DNA from: Macrostomum hystrix
Lineage: Eukaryota > Animalia > Platyhelminthes
Assembly: GCA_950097015.1 (NCBI GenBank)
Contig: CATNEN010000024.1
Coordinates: 1,178,001-1,242,000 of the forward strand
Length of the DNA: 64,000 bases
Reading direction: 5' to 3'
Made by a program: the position numbers and the translations under genes
Notes under the pieces: model-generated
Seen by the model: only the letters and a program-made list of their open reading frames with translations
What the model was told of the DNA's origin: nothing
The model's database searches: none
In this document: positions 1 through 12,521 of the stretch, one piece after another
How positions within the stretch are numbered: position 1 is the stretch's first letter
Layout of the letters: every line of letters starts with the position of its first letter

Positions 1-413
1 GCACTAGATTGAGAATGAGTTCTCTAATAGTCTGTGGAGTGAGTTCACCATCACACCAACCCAAATTTCTACCCTAGCTAATGCAAGTACCCATTTAATA
101 GCTGGATGAACTAGAGCACTAGGAAACTAAGTGTTTGACCAAGAACACAGATTTTTCCCTTGGGCTATGATTTAATGCTTCCTTCTTACTTACATTTTTT
201 GTATGTCTTTCTAAAGAAGAAATAAGAAAAAAGAAATAAATGTATGTTTATTAAATAAATAGCAAGTTTGAAAAGAAAAGTTAAATATTTTCTATACAAA
301 AAAAGAATCAATAGAACTAGGTTTTTATTTTTTCCATCGATGTTTCATGCTAAATGACTGGATAATAGAGGATAATAGACTTAGTATAAGCAAAATAAAA
401 CACAAAATTGCAG

Positions 414-2970
414 ATGCAAGGCTCAGCTGAACTGGACTCCTGTCGTACAGAGTTTGCAGACACCCTGCAATCGCTACTGAACTGCCCTGAAAAATGGTAA
501 ACAAATTGATTATTCCTAAAAGCCTTGGTCTTAAATCTTAAATCTAACCTCTTCACTATCCGCTAAATTCTCAGCAAAATTATCCCACCGGCGGCTAATC
601 CCACCGACGGCCAGTTGCACGATCATCTGGCAACACCGGGGCGTAAGCGCGGCCGTCGAGTTGGCGACTTCGAAGACTACCTGCGCGCCCGTAGCGAGAT
701 GGACGGCGCCGGTGGCAAGCATCAGCGCGAGCAGTTTATCATTAAACTATTCGACCGCCTGATGGATTTTGGACCATTCTTGGACATGTCCGAGGGACGG
801 ACTGACGGCTGTCCAATCTATCCCATGGCCAGGGCCTGGGTGGCCAATCTTAACGCTTGGGAGCAAAAATCTGACACTAGTGAGATCCGATGCCACCTGA
901 CACATTAGGACGCAATAAGCTTGTCTGACCCACTGAGGGAACGGTGGTAGCCTGAGTCTGTGACCCACTGAGGGAACGATGGTAGCCTGAGTCTGTGACC
1001 CACTGAGGGAACGGTGGTAGCCTGAGACTATGATCCACTGAGGGAACGGTGGTAGCCTCAGTCTGTAACCCACTGAGGGAACGGTGGAAGCCTGAGACTA
1101 TGATCCACTGAGGGAACGGTGGTAGCCTGAGATTATGATCCACTGAGGGAACGGTGGAAGCCTGAGACTATGATCCACTGAGGGAATGGTGGTAGCCTGA
1201 GACTATGATTCACTGAGGGAACGGTGGTAGCCTGAGTCTGTGACCCACTGAGGGAACGGTGGTAGCCTGAGACTATGATTCACTGAGAGAACGGTGGTAG
1301 CCTGAGTCTGTGACCCACTGAGGGAACGATGGTAGCCTGAGTCTGTGACCCACTGAGGGAACGGTGGTAGCCTGAGACTATGATTCACTGAGGGAACGGT
1401 GGTAGCCTGAGTCTGTGACCCACTGAGGGAACGATGGTAGCCTGAGTCTGTGACCCACTGAGGGAACGGTGGTAGCCTGAGACTATGATCCACTGAGGGA
1501 ATGGTGGTAGCCTGAGACTATGATTCACTGAGGGAACGGTGGTAGCCTGAGTCTGTGACCCACTGAGGGAACGATGGTAGCCTGAGTCTGTGACCCACTG
1601 AGGGAACGGTGGTAGCCTGAGACTGTGATCCACTGAGGGAACGGTGGAAGCCTGAGACTATGATCCACTGAGGGAACGGTGGTAGCCTGAGACTATGATC
1701 CACTGAGGGAACGGTGGAAGCCTGAGACTATGATCCACTGAGGGAACGGTGGAAGCCTGAGACTATGATCCACTGAGGGAACGGTGGAAGCCTGAGACTA
1801 TGATCCACTGAGGGAACGGTGGAAGCCTGAGACTATGATCCACTGAGGGAACGGTGGAAGCCTGAGACTATGATCCACTGAGGGAATGGTGGTAGCCTGA
1901 GACTATGATTCACTGAGGGAACGGTGGTAGCCTGAGACTATGATTCACTGAGGGAACGGTGGTAGCCTGAGACTATGATTCACTGAGGGAACGGTGGTAG
2001 CCTGAGACTATGATTCACTGAGGGAACGGTGGAAGCCTCAGTCTGTGACCCACTGAGGGAATGGTGGTAGCCTGAGACTATGATTCACTGAGGGAACGGT
2101 GGAAGCCTGATTCTGTCACCCACTGAGGGAACGGTGGTAGCCTGAGTCTGTGACCCACTGAGGGAACGGTGGTAGCCTGAGTCTGTGACCCACTGAGGGA
2201 ACGGTGGTAGCCTGAGTCTGTGACCCACTGAGGGAACGGTGGAAGCCTGAGTCTGTGACCCACTGAGGGAACGATGGTAGCCTGAGTCTGTGACCCACTG
2301 GGGGAACGGTGGTAGCCTGAGTCTGTGACCCACTGAGGGAACGGTGGTAGCCTGAGTCTGTGACCCACTGAGGGAACGGTGGTAGCCTGAGTCTGTGACC
2401 CACTGAGGGAACGGTGGTAGCCTGAGTCTGTGACCCACTGAGGGAACGGTGGTAGCAGGGCAGGACTTGCTACAAGAACAAGGTTAAATTAGCCTATCTT
2501 ACTAAATAGACGTGAATGTCTGGGGTCCACTAAAAATGCAATAGGATAAAAGGGCACTGTGTAATGAAAAATCATGCTGTCAGTGACTTAATTCCTGGTG
2601 AATTGTGATTTTATCCGCAGCCAAATGGGGCGACCTGCCGGATCATCGATCAGAGGAAATCGGCCTGCACCAGGGCGCCGTTCTTGACTTGCCCGGCGCA
2701 CACGACGGCCAGTTAGACTCCAATGTTCGCGTGCCGGAAGCTCTGCCGTCTGAGGACGAACGTCTGGACATTCACCGGGCTCCCGAGCTGGCCCCAGCGC
2801 CGGAGCAGCTGCTGCTGGACCACCTGGACCGATGGCGCGAAGTTCGTCGGAGCTGGTGCGCCGCTATGCGCGCCAACGACCGGCGCTATGCCGACGCCAT
2901 GCGAGTGCTGAATGTCTGCCGAGGCGGCGGGCACGCATCGACCCTGCCGGGCTCCGCTAGGGACTACTGA
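414..2970 (+). CDS. lin37: LIN-37 (DREAM/MuvB complex subunit), 3 exons: 414-496, 575-879, 2621-2970
   Basis: GT-AG junctions are phase compatible (2, 1). FIIKLFDRLMDF...PIYPMARAW matches LIN37 YVIKLFDRSVDL...PLYPICRAW; LLDHLDRWREVRRSWCAAMRANDRRYADAMRVL matches [34 protein letters not shown]; N-terminal ELDSCRTEFADTLQSLL matches the LIN37 N-helix. Confidence 0.9.
923..2456. repeat. 35-bp minisatellite in lin37 intron 2
   Basis: Unit gactatgatccactgagggaacggtggtagcctga with gtctgtgacc/gactatgatt variants, roughly 43 copies. Confidence 0.97.
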
Positions 2971-3709
2971 AACAGTGGCATTTTTGTAAGTACCATGGCA
3001 ACGCATAGCAACGGACTGAATCCTGTCATCAACTTGCTTGCATATATAACCACCGTATCATAGGCCTAATTACCGTTGCTATGCCGCGTGCTAGTCACTG
3101 CCGGTGCTGATTTTTTTACATTCAATTGTCTTAATAATTGTATCTTCAAAACCTGCTTATTTTATGGCCTATTTAAAAAACATTGTCAACTCTTTAAAGG
3201 TATGTGACATCCCCGATATTGTTGTGAGATATTGATCCCATCCCATGTGTATTCTATTTTTATGCGTTATTTTAGCTTGGTAAATTAATAAACAATTTTT
3301 AAGCAAATAAATTTTGTGCCTAGCTAAGTACGACAAAAACGTTTTCGGCTATAGACATTGTAGTCTCACAAGTTTTTCATTGTCCCTTCTTCTCATTATT
3401 TGTTTTTTCCCCCCAATATTTCTAGTACTAAAGAATGTTCAATTGTGTACTTTTCAAACTATTAACTTCGCTACTTTTTGTGTGCTGCATTGTAACTCCG
3501 AGTTAATGTGTGTCTGCAAGTAAAAATATTAAATGGCCTATATTTTCCTTATTAACTTAGCTTCTGTTCAATAAAATTTCTAGCTTTGCATATTAAACGC
3601 ACTTTATCGTACTAAGCTTTGGTAAATCGTTATCATTGTTCCTTATTTTTTACTTTTAAATATAGTTAAGACGTGTCGCAGTTATTAGATCAATGTAATA
3701 TTGAATAGG

Positions 3710-3905
3710 AACTTTGTAGCCCAGTAGTTAAAGCTTCATTCTTCTGACTGGGAGGTCGTGAGTTCGTACCCCGGCCCATGAAATGAAAGTTGTATCCTTG
3801 AGCAACTCCTTTTAACTCATTCATCCTTTAGCTGGGATAGAAATTAATATGGGTGTGGAGACATCCCCTGTCCACAGACTGAACAGCTGTTCACAGCCTC
3901 GTACA
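3710..3905 (+). mobile_element. tRNA-derived SINE family A copy
   Basis: A-box-like tagcccagtagtt, B-box-like gagttcgtacc, CORE-like gtatccttgagcaa, and a 3' gactgaacagc motif shared with 21670-21915. Confidence 0.65.
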
Positions 3906-4236
3906 TACTAATACTGTTACCATAGAAACATGAAACAAAGGCCAGTGACATTATTTAACTCCTAGTCTGACATATACCATAAATTTCCAGTATGTTATTG
4001 TTGTCACTGTAAAAAGTGTGATCTATTTTTTAAATAATTTGTGTTCGTACTGTTAATGAGCTAAATAGTTGATATTTAATAACTTTTTAATCGTACATTA
4101 TTTACATCTAAAGTACAATGAAAAAGTACAACACAATATTATACATTGTATTATCTTATTTTGGCATATTTTCAAACTTACTTACGAGCATTACTGAATC
4201 CTGCTATATTATTGACGACAACAAATAAAAATAAAA

Positions 4237-4599
4237 AACAGTAGAAGACCACCGGGGGGTAATTTAAATAACCACATTTTTCTGTATCTCCTAAAATATT
4301 TAACCAATCGCTGTGCAAATCCAGAACACTGACTAAAATTTCCGATCCGATTTCTATCCGATGAAACAAGTTACAAAATCACAACTTAGATCTAGTTGTC
4401 TAGATCAACAACTTACACTCGGACAGCTTTGAAAGTTAGTTCATCGTTAGAGAGCGGAAAATGTTGATCCATATGGTGGAATTTCACTAAAATCGGTCAT
4501 TCGGTTTGGGAGCCATTGTGAAATAGGCAGTGGGTATTTGAAATACCTCCGTGGTCTCTCCCCAAGGAGTGGCGGCAATAGCGTGAGCTTTCTACTGTT
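4237..4599. mobile_element. MITE-like non-autonomous element, family shared with 51192-51709
   Basis: Ends aacagtagaa/ttctactgtt; subterminal gaagaccaccggggggtaatttaaatacc vs ggtatttgaaatacctccgtggtctctc are imperfect inverted repeats; colinear similarity to the 51.2-51.7 kb copy. Confidence 0.7.
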
Positions 4600-4696
4600 G
4601 AGCTAGGAATGCCGTATCGTGAATAAGACATAATAATTTGCACTAAATCACTAGTGTGTAGTAAAATGAGGCACAAATCCAGCTTTGTTCATTCGT

Positions 4697-5897
4697 TCAT
4701 TCGTCGCAGATTGACATTGTTTCCATCTGGCTTCCGACCTCTTCTCCAAGCATCTCAGATATGCGCTTGCGTTGCTTTAGAAATTGTGCATGTTGTGCAT
4801 CTTGACGTTGATGAGCGATTGGGTTGCCCAATTCTGGTAGTAGAATCCAATCAGGGGCCGGATGACGTACTGTCAGTAGGCAGGTTGACGTTTGCACTTT
4901 CTTGTCAGCATAGTGGCATGTTTCTAGTGACTTGATAAAAATTGAAAGGACTAAAGAGTAGGGTTTCTAGATTTCAGAGATAAGCGTGTCTAGATGTATT
5001 GAAGGACCAGAGATAAGGTTGTCTAGATGTATTGAAGGACCAGAGATAAGGTTGTCTAGATGTATTGAAGGACCAGAGATAAGGTTGTCTAGATGTATTG
5101 AAGGACCAGAGATAAGGTTGTCTAGATGTATTGAAGGACCAGAGATAAGGTTGTCTAGATGTATTGAAGGACCAGAGATAAGAGTTTCTAGATTTATTAA
5201 AGGACCAGAGAAAAGGGTTTCTAGATTTATTGAAGGACCAGAGAAAATGGTTTCTAGATTTATTGAAGGACCAGAGAAAATGGTTTCTAGATTTATTGAA
5301 GGACCAGAGAAAAGGGTTTCTAGATTTATTGAAGGACCAGAGAAAATGGTTTCTAGATTTATTAAAGGACCAGAGAAAATGGTTTCTAGATTTATTAAAG
5401 GACCAGAGAAAATGGTTTCTAGATTTATTGAAGGACCAGAGAAAATGGTTTCTAGATTTATTGAAGGACCAGAGAAAATGGTTTCTAGATTTATTGAAGG
5501 ACCAGAGAAAAGGGTTTCTAGATTTATTGAAGGACCAGAGAAACTGGTTTCTAGATTTATTAAAGGACCAGAGAAAATGGTTTCTAGATTTATTGAAGGA
5601 CCAGAGAAAAGGGTTTCTAGATTTATTGAAGGACCAGAGGCATGGTGTTGAACTCACGTGGAACAGCAGGCTTGTCCTGGCAGAGCTGATCTTCACCCTG
5701 ATGTAGCAGACCTTGTCTGATTTCGTGCGCACATCCAGGTTAGTCCTCACTCGCATCAGGCCGTCGCTTTCGTAGGCGAATGTTTTGCCTTCCTCCACGT
5801 AGCTGACAGTCTGGGTGTAGGGCACAGAGCCCCACAGCGGCATTCGATAGTACATGGTGAACGATAAGCCGATGTCCGTGATGCCAGGCAGGGCCAT
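4697..5897 (-). CDS. Hypothetical 157-aa protein, 2 exons: 5897-5658, 4930-4697
   Basis: ATG at 5897; cac|GTGAGT donor and ttttatcaAG|tca acceptor are both phase 0; the joined ORF is open to TGA at 4697; GC-rich exons flank a 33-bp array. Family not recognised. Confidence 0.7.
4983..5639. repeat. 33-bp intronic minisatellite with two polar variant blocks
   Basis: gaaggaccagagataaggttgtctagatgtatt (left ~6 copies) grades into gaaggaccagagaaaatggtttctagatttatt. Confidence 0.97.
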
Positions 5898-5944
5898 GCT
5901 TTCAACGTCTACAATCGACGGCTGCCACTGCGGTGTAGAAAAAA

Positions 5945-6110
5945 ACTAAATTGCGCGGCGTTCTCAAAGGCTGCGTACAGCTGTTCAGTCCATGGACTAA
6001 ACTAAATGCACCGGGTACTAAATTTCTGCCCCCAACTAATGCTGATTTCAATTTTAAAGCTATAGGGATTCGAACTCTAGACCTCTCGGCTACAACTTCT
6101 CCTAAATAGT
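5945..6110 (-). mobile_element. SINE family A copy (reverse)
   Basis: Reverse complement agtccatggactgaacagctgtacgcagcc...gccgcgcaat matches 21860-21895; ggattcgaactc is a B-box remnant. Confidence 0.65.
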
Positions 6111-6557
6111 ACAAGCGTCTAATTGTACGAGCGTAGCCAATTGATTAGTAAAATTAGCTAATAACTCTAGCAGAACTTTTAAACTAACTTCCTTTTTCTG
6201 TCTTCTTCTAACAGTCTAAAAGTGGGGTTCGAACCTCGCCTCGTTGCATGGCAGGTTTCTGGCTTATTCACCTTTATCAAGCAGCCACCAAACGTAGTCT
6301 TGTTTCACCAGTTTCAGTGTGCACAGTCTACATTTTGTACTGCTTTGTGACAGATTTTAACAGTCTAGTCTTTACGTTTCTACTTTTGTCAGTCAGTAGT
6401 CTAAATTGCATCTCTCACACTCTGCTTCAGCCGAATACGAATAGTTGATCGCCTATCATTCCAAGCTGTGTGCAAGAGCTACAACTGAACCAAAGATAGC
6501 CACTCAGGAAACAGAAATTAGTCCAAATAATCATCAGTAGCATCAGCATCAGCAGTC

Positions 6558-8122
6558 ATGTCTTCCAACCTAACCGAGCAGGACATCCTGTACATGCCCA
6601 GTCACTGGTCCAAGCGCATGCACTATTCCAAAATTGTTGGGGCGCATTTTGAATTGTTGCGCAATCAAAGCGAAGCTGTCATTAAACGGCTCGAACCGGA
6701 GATTGTCAAATACGGCGACAGTGAGACTAACGAATTAATTTATTACTGGTTTAAGCCATGCTCAGCCAATGCCGACCCAGCCGCTCCGCTTCTGGTGTTC
6801 ATTCACGGCGGCTATTGGCAGGACCCCGAGCTGACAGCTCGCATGAATTGCCACATGGCAGGCATGTTTGCCGAGAGCGGCTTGCACTTTGCCAGCCTCG
6901 GCTACGACTGCGTGCCGCGGGTTAGCATTGAACAGACTGTCGGCCTGGTTGAGGCCGGCCTCCGCGCCTGCCTTCAACGGGCTCTAGCCGACGGTCTGTC
7001 CGGCGTCTACGTGACCGGTCACTCGGCCGGCGGACACTTGGCTGTGACAACTGGCGCCTGTGTGCAATGGCCGCCTGAACTGGCCAGCCTTATTAAAGGC
7101 ATCATACCTATCTCAGGTATTTTGGTTCTTCTGGGTAGTGTGCTCAACGGTTCTTCTGGATAGTGTGCTCAATGGTTCTTCTGGTTAGTGTGCTTAATGG
7201 TTCTTCTGGTTAGTGTGCTCAATGATTCATCTGGTTAGTGTGCTCAATGATTCATCTGGTTAGTGTGCTCAATGGTTCATCTGGTTAGTGTACTCAATGA
7301 TTCATCTGGTTAGTGTGCTCAATGATTCATCTGGTTAGTGTGCTCAATGATTCATCTGGTTAGTGTGCTCAATGATTCATCTGGTTAGTGTGCTCAATGA
7401 TTCATCTGGTTAGTGTGCTCAATGATTCATCTGGTTAGTGTGCTCAATGATTCATCTGGTTAGTGTGCTCAATGATTCATCTGGTTAGTGTGCTCAATGA
7501 TTCATCTGGTTAGTGTGCTCAATGATTCATCTGGTTAGTGTGCTCAATGATTCATCTGGTTAGTGTGCTCAATGATTCATCTGGTTAGTGTGCTCAATGA
7601 TTCATCTGTTTAGTGTCCTCAGTGTTTCTTAATTTTTTGTGCTCAATTGTTAATTTAGTGCACTTAATTGTTCATATGAATTGCTCACTGGTTCTGTGTG
7701 GCATGCTCAAATACTACTCAAGCGTGTCTAAGTAGATAATTTGGCATTTCTATAACGCAGGCGTATTCGACCTAATGCCATTAGTGAAGACCTGCATCAA
7801 CGATCCGTTGGGCATGAACACAGCCCGTGCCGCGGCGCTCAGCCCGATGCGCGGCCTGCAACAGCAGCTGCTTTCTAGCCCAGTCCGGGCGCCCATTCGC
7901 GCTGTGGTTGGCGCCCTCGAATCGCCCGAGTTTTATAAGCAAAGTCGCGAATTATGCGACCTGCTCAGAGCCCACGGCCGCCTAGCCGATGTTAATGTGG
8001 TTCACGAGCGTGACCATTTTGACATTATTGAACTGCTGGCTGATCCTGCTGATCCGCTGTCTCGCTTGATTCTGGATTTTGTCCGCAGCGGCGGCACTAT
8101 CGTGAGCGCCAACGATAGCTAG
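6558..8122 (+). CDS. AFMID: Kynurenine formamidase (alpha/beta hydrolase), 2 exons: 6558-7116, 7761-8122
   Basis: LYMPSHWSKR N-terminus, FIHGGYWQ oxyanion motif, GHSAGGHL nucleophile elbow, ISG|VFDL junction (phase 1) and DHFDIIE catalytic His are all typical of AFMID. Confidence 0.92.
7125..7660. repeat. 25-bp minisatellite in the AFMID intron
   Basis: Unit ctggttagtgtgctcaatgattcat, about 20 copies starting just after the donor. Confidence 0.97.
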
Positions 8123-8514
8123 TTCTTCTTACTCGTATTCTACTAATAGAGCCCACCTGTTTAACTGATTAATCAATACTACTACTTATAGTAAGGCCTG
8201 TTGTGCTGGTGTTGTTAATATGTTTTCGCGTTGTGGTTATCTGCTTAATAAAGTGACTCTAAACTTTTTATGCTGTCAATTTTCAGATTGTTTGTTTATT
8301 TTGTCATTCCGTTTGTTTTTTTTATAGTAATAGTTGTCTATTTATTGCAATAATAACAACTATTTTATATAAAGTATCATGCATCCGGCCAAAGTTCCAT
8401 TTTTTTCAGAGTTTTTCATTATAGACTATTTTTATTATAATATAGTTGCTAATCATTTCTTTGGCACCTTTTCAATTTTAAAGTATAATCATTTCTGTGT
8501 TTGGGGTTTCTACC

Positions 8515-8970
8515 GTTGATATTCAGCTATCAGCTAGATTTCAAGCCAATTTGGCGTCTTAGGTTTTTACCATAGACATTCAGCTATCAGCTGGATTTCA
8601 AGCCAATTAGGCGTCTTAGGTTTTTACCATAGACATTCAGCTATCAGCTGGATTTCAAGCCGATTAGGCGTCTTAGGTTTTTACCATAGACATTTAGCTA
8701 TCAGCTGGATTTCAAGCCAATTAGGCGTCTCAGGTTTTTACCATAGACATTCAGCTATCAACTGGATTTCAAGCCAATTAGGCGTCTCAGGTTTTTACCA
8801 TAGACATTCAGCTATCAGCTGGATTTCAAGCCAATTAGGCGTCTCAGGTTTTTACCATAGACATTCAGCTATCAGCTGGATTTCAAGCCAATTAGGCGTC
8901 TCAGGTTTTTACCATAGACATTCATCTATCAGCTGAAATCAAGCCTAATGGTTTTTACCATAGACAACGA
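8515..8970. repeat. 57-bp minisatellite downstream of AFMID
   Basis: catagacatt recurs at 8571, 8628 and 8685 (57-bp period), ~8 copies. Confidence 0.95.
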
Positions 8971-9699
8971 TATAATTATTGTACTGGAGTCTGTTGAATG
9001 TATTTATAGACTTAAAATTTTACAACTAGTATTAAGTAAGATATTAGATATTAAGTAAGATATTAATATTGGTAACCATTTTATTATCGGATTCTAAAAT
9101 ATCTAACGCGCATGTGCTATACTTTTTTTGTTTATGAAAACAGATGCAGCCGCTAGATTTTCATTTTATTCCCCATAATTTGATTCTATTTTTAGTGGTG
9201 TTTTATAAAATTCTACAGACAATCCTGAGATTTTGTGCCCTACATCGATATATTTTTGTTATATTATAAATATTCATCAATAAATAAATACATTATTGCG
9301 ACATATATAGCATGCTAGTGACTGTTCCTTAAAACTGTCTTATTATTATCAAAAACAATGACTATAGATTTGTGGCATATGTGCTCATAGTTCTTTGTTT
9401 TTGTCCTATATTTGCTTAGCCGCAGTAGTTAGAGCTGCTATCATTCATTCAATAATTTTTTAATTTCTGAGTTGATTAAATAAATCATTTTGCTATTTTT
9501 TCTGTTTTCGATGATTGACAATAGCACCATTTAAGCTTTAACATTTCTTTAATCTATCAAGTAAACTTTAACTGGTAAGCTTTCGAAATTTTTCGAAGAA
9601 AAGTTGCCAAGTTACAGACAATGACAATAAAGATTAAGGATTTTTAAAACCCTTTTTGACCTGCCCATCTCTCTCCAATCTTGACTGAGAATCGTCGAT

Positions 9700-11030
9700 A
9701 TCTCAATGGGAACCGTCAATCTCACCGTGGGAATCGCCAAATTCACCTGGGACTAGCCTATCTCACCTGGTAATCGCCGATCTCTCGTTGGGAATCGGAG
9801 ATCTCCTCGTGGTAATCGCCTATCTCACCTGGGACTCGCCGATGTCTCCGTTGGGAATCAGCCTAATCTCACCTGGGAATCTGCCTATCTCACCTTGGGA
9901 ATCACCTATCGCACCTGGGAACTGTCCTATCTCACCTGGGACTTGCCCTATCTCACCTGGGAATCGCGCCGATCTCATCCGTGGGAATCACCAATCTCAC
10001 CTGGGACTTGCCTATCTCACCTGGGAATCACCAATCTCACCTGGGACTTGCCTATCTCACCTGGTAATCGCCGATCTCTCGTTGGGAATCGGAGATCTCT
10101 CGTTGGGAATCGCCTATCTCACCTGGGAATCGCCGATGTCTCGTTGGGAATCGCCTATTTCACCTGGGAATCGCCAATCTCACCTTGGGAATCCCTTATC
10201 GCACCTGGGAACTGTCAATCTCACCTGGGACTTGCCTATCTCACCTGGGAATCGCGCCGATCTCTCGTTGGGAATCGGAGATCTCTCGTTGGGAATCGCC
10301 TATCTCACCTTGGGAATCGCTTATTGCACCTGGGAACTGTCAATCTCACCTGGGAATCGCCGATCTCTCGTTGGGAATCGCCTATCTCACCTGGGAATCG
10401 CCGATGTCTCGTTGGGAATCGCCTATTTCACCTGGGAATCGCCAATCTCACCTTGGGAATCGCTTATTGCACCTGGGAACTGTCAATCTCACCTGGGACT
10501 TGCCTATCTCACCTGGGAATCGCCGATCTCTCGTTGGGAATCGCCTATCTCACCTGGGAATCGCCTATTTCACCTGGGAATCGCCAATCTCACCTTGGGA
10601 ATCGCTTATCGCACCTGGGAGCTGTCAATCTCACCTGGGACTTGCCTATCTCACCTGGGAATCGCCGATCTCTCGTTGGGAATCGGAGATCTCTCGTTGG
10701 GAATCGCCTATCTCACCTGGGAATCGCCGATGTCTCGTTGGGAATCGCCTATTTCACCTGGGAATCGCCAATCTCACCTTGGGAATCGCTTATCGCACCT
10801 GGGAAGTTGGAACTGTCAATCTCACCTGGGACTCGCTAATCTCACCTTGGGAATCGCCAATCTCACCTTGGGAATCACCAATCTCTCCTTAGGAATCGCC
10901 AATCTCACCTTGGGAATCGTTAATCTCACCTTGGGAACCGCCAATCTCACCTTGCGAATCGCTTATCGCTCCTGGGAACTGTCAACCTCACCTAGCGAAT
11001 CGCCTATCTCACCTGGGAATTGCCGATCCC
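9700..11030. repeat. 20/21-bp composite satellite with higher-order organisation
   Basis: Core gggaatcgcctatctcacct with variants (gccgatctctcgtt, ggagatctctcgtt, gaactgtcaatctcacct, gacttgcctatc) recurring in ordered blocks. Confidence 0.95.
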
Positions 11031-11065
11031 TCTGGTCTGTGCCCTTAAGCGGTCAATCGACTCAC

Positions 11066-11230
11066 CTTGTTATAAGTGAGATAGTCGGACACCAGCGCGT
11101 AGCACCTGCCCTGCGGCAGCTTGATGGCGGCTTCCACATCGGCCAGTTCGCTCTGCTGGCCGCTGTCCAATGCCACCAGGGCAGCTATCACACTGGCCGC
11201 CAGTGCTGCCAATGTAGATTTTAGATCCAT
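11066..11230 (-). CDS. First coding exon of a small, probably secreted or membrane protein (partial)
   Basis: MDLKSTLAALAASVIAALVALDS... is a hydrophobic N-terminus; strong acceptor 16 nt upstream of the ATG; aag|GTGAGT phase-0 donor at 11065. A possible second exon 9684-9634 (SRLERDGQVKKGFKNP*) is uncertain. Confidence 0.6.
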
Positions 11231-11789
11231 GATGAATAAGTTTAGGCTGGATAAGAAAATTGAAAGGATCAAGGACTAAGAAGTTTTCAGAGCTTCATCC
11301 TGCTGCTGAACTATGCTCTGCATTTATAGAAGCTTCCAATCCTATCCCCTGTTCTTCCTAGATCCCACTTTGTTTCTCACTCATCCCAGTGCGCGTACAG
11401 CATTGGTGATGAGTACAGTTTTCCGTCTCTCGCATCATCTCTCTCTCCCCTGTCCCCCCACCCCAGATGCGAGGTGCGCTGGCATTGTCTGACTGGCCAA
11501 CTCAGAGCCCACCTCATACTTGTCTACTCTCCGTCCTCTTCTCCTTCAGTCACTCACCTTTTTTATAGAAGTCTGGATCCACTGCTTTTGGTCCGTCGCA
11601 CAGGTGTACATGTCTCTTTTGTTTATCTACCTGGCAGATCCTCAGTCTTCTCTTCCCCTCTAAGTAACTCCGCTAGTACCGTCAGTTGTATTTCAACCGT
11701 ATTGAAATCCTTTACTTTTTGTGTTGTCTGTAGCTATGCTTGCATATATTCTTTCTTACAGTCCAATGGTAGATTGCAAAGGTCCATGC

Positions 11790-12047
11790 ACGTAGTGACT
11801 GAACACACGCATTCCACAGCTATGCAGGGAGTGACTGAACACACGCATTCCACAGCTATGCAGGGAGTGACTGAACACACGCATTCCACAGCCATGCAGG
11901 GAGTGACTGAACACACGCATTCCACAGCTATGCAGGGAGTGACTGAACACACGCATTCCACAGCCATGCAGGGAGTGACTGAACACACGCATTCCACAGC
12001 CATGCAGGGAGTGACTGAACACACGCATTCCACAGCCATGCAGGGAG
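11790..12047. repeat. 36-bp minisatellite upstream of PIG-P
   Basis: Unit gtgactgaacacacgcattccacagctatgcaggga, ~7 copies. Confidence 0.95.
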
Positions 12048-12083
12048 TAAAAAAATTGCTAGAACCTTCTGCGACATGTTTTA

Positions 12084-12521
12084 ATGGTTAAAATTGGATT
12101 GCAGCAGCAGCAGCAGCAGCCGGAGCATTATCCTGGCCCATTGCCAGAGCGCGCAGTCTATGGCTTCGCTCTACACCTGGCTTCGTGGCTTGGCTTTGCC
12201 GCTTACCTGGCCTGGGCTGTCCTGCCCGAGTCCTGGCTGCGCGCCTGCGGCTTCACCTACCTGCCCGAGAGGCACTGGGCCATCACCGGTCCGATGTTAA
12301 TACCGCTCGGTTATGTACTTTATGAGGCCGGAGTTGGGCTGGCGGCCTGGCGGGCCTGCCGACCTTTGGACTCCGTCGACCATCTAACCGACTCTTTGTG
12401 CCACCAGGCGTCGCCGACAAGCGTCGCCGGATCTCTGCCCATCGTTGCCGATATTGACGCCGGCGACGTGTGCAGGGCTGCGTTCAGCAACCAAACCGAC
12501 TGCAATGGGGCCGAAGACTAG
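12084..12521 (+). CDS. PIGP: GPI-GlcNAc transferase subunit P (single coding exon; exact start uncertain)
   Basis: PGPLPERAVYGF...YLAWAVLPESWL...TYLPERHWA...PLDSVDHLTD...IVADI matches PIG-P PSPLPERAIYGF...YLVWAFIPESWL...TYWPQKYWA...PLDSIHTITD...LRDI. Confidence 0.92.
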   Translation: MVKIGLQQQQQQPEHYPGPLPERAVYGFALHLASWLGFAAYLAWAVLPESWLRACGFTYLPERHWAITGPMLIPLGYVLYEAGVGLAAWRACRPLDSVDHLTDSLCHQASPTSVAGSLPIVADIDAGDVCRAAFSNQTDCNGAED

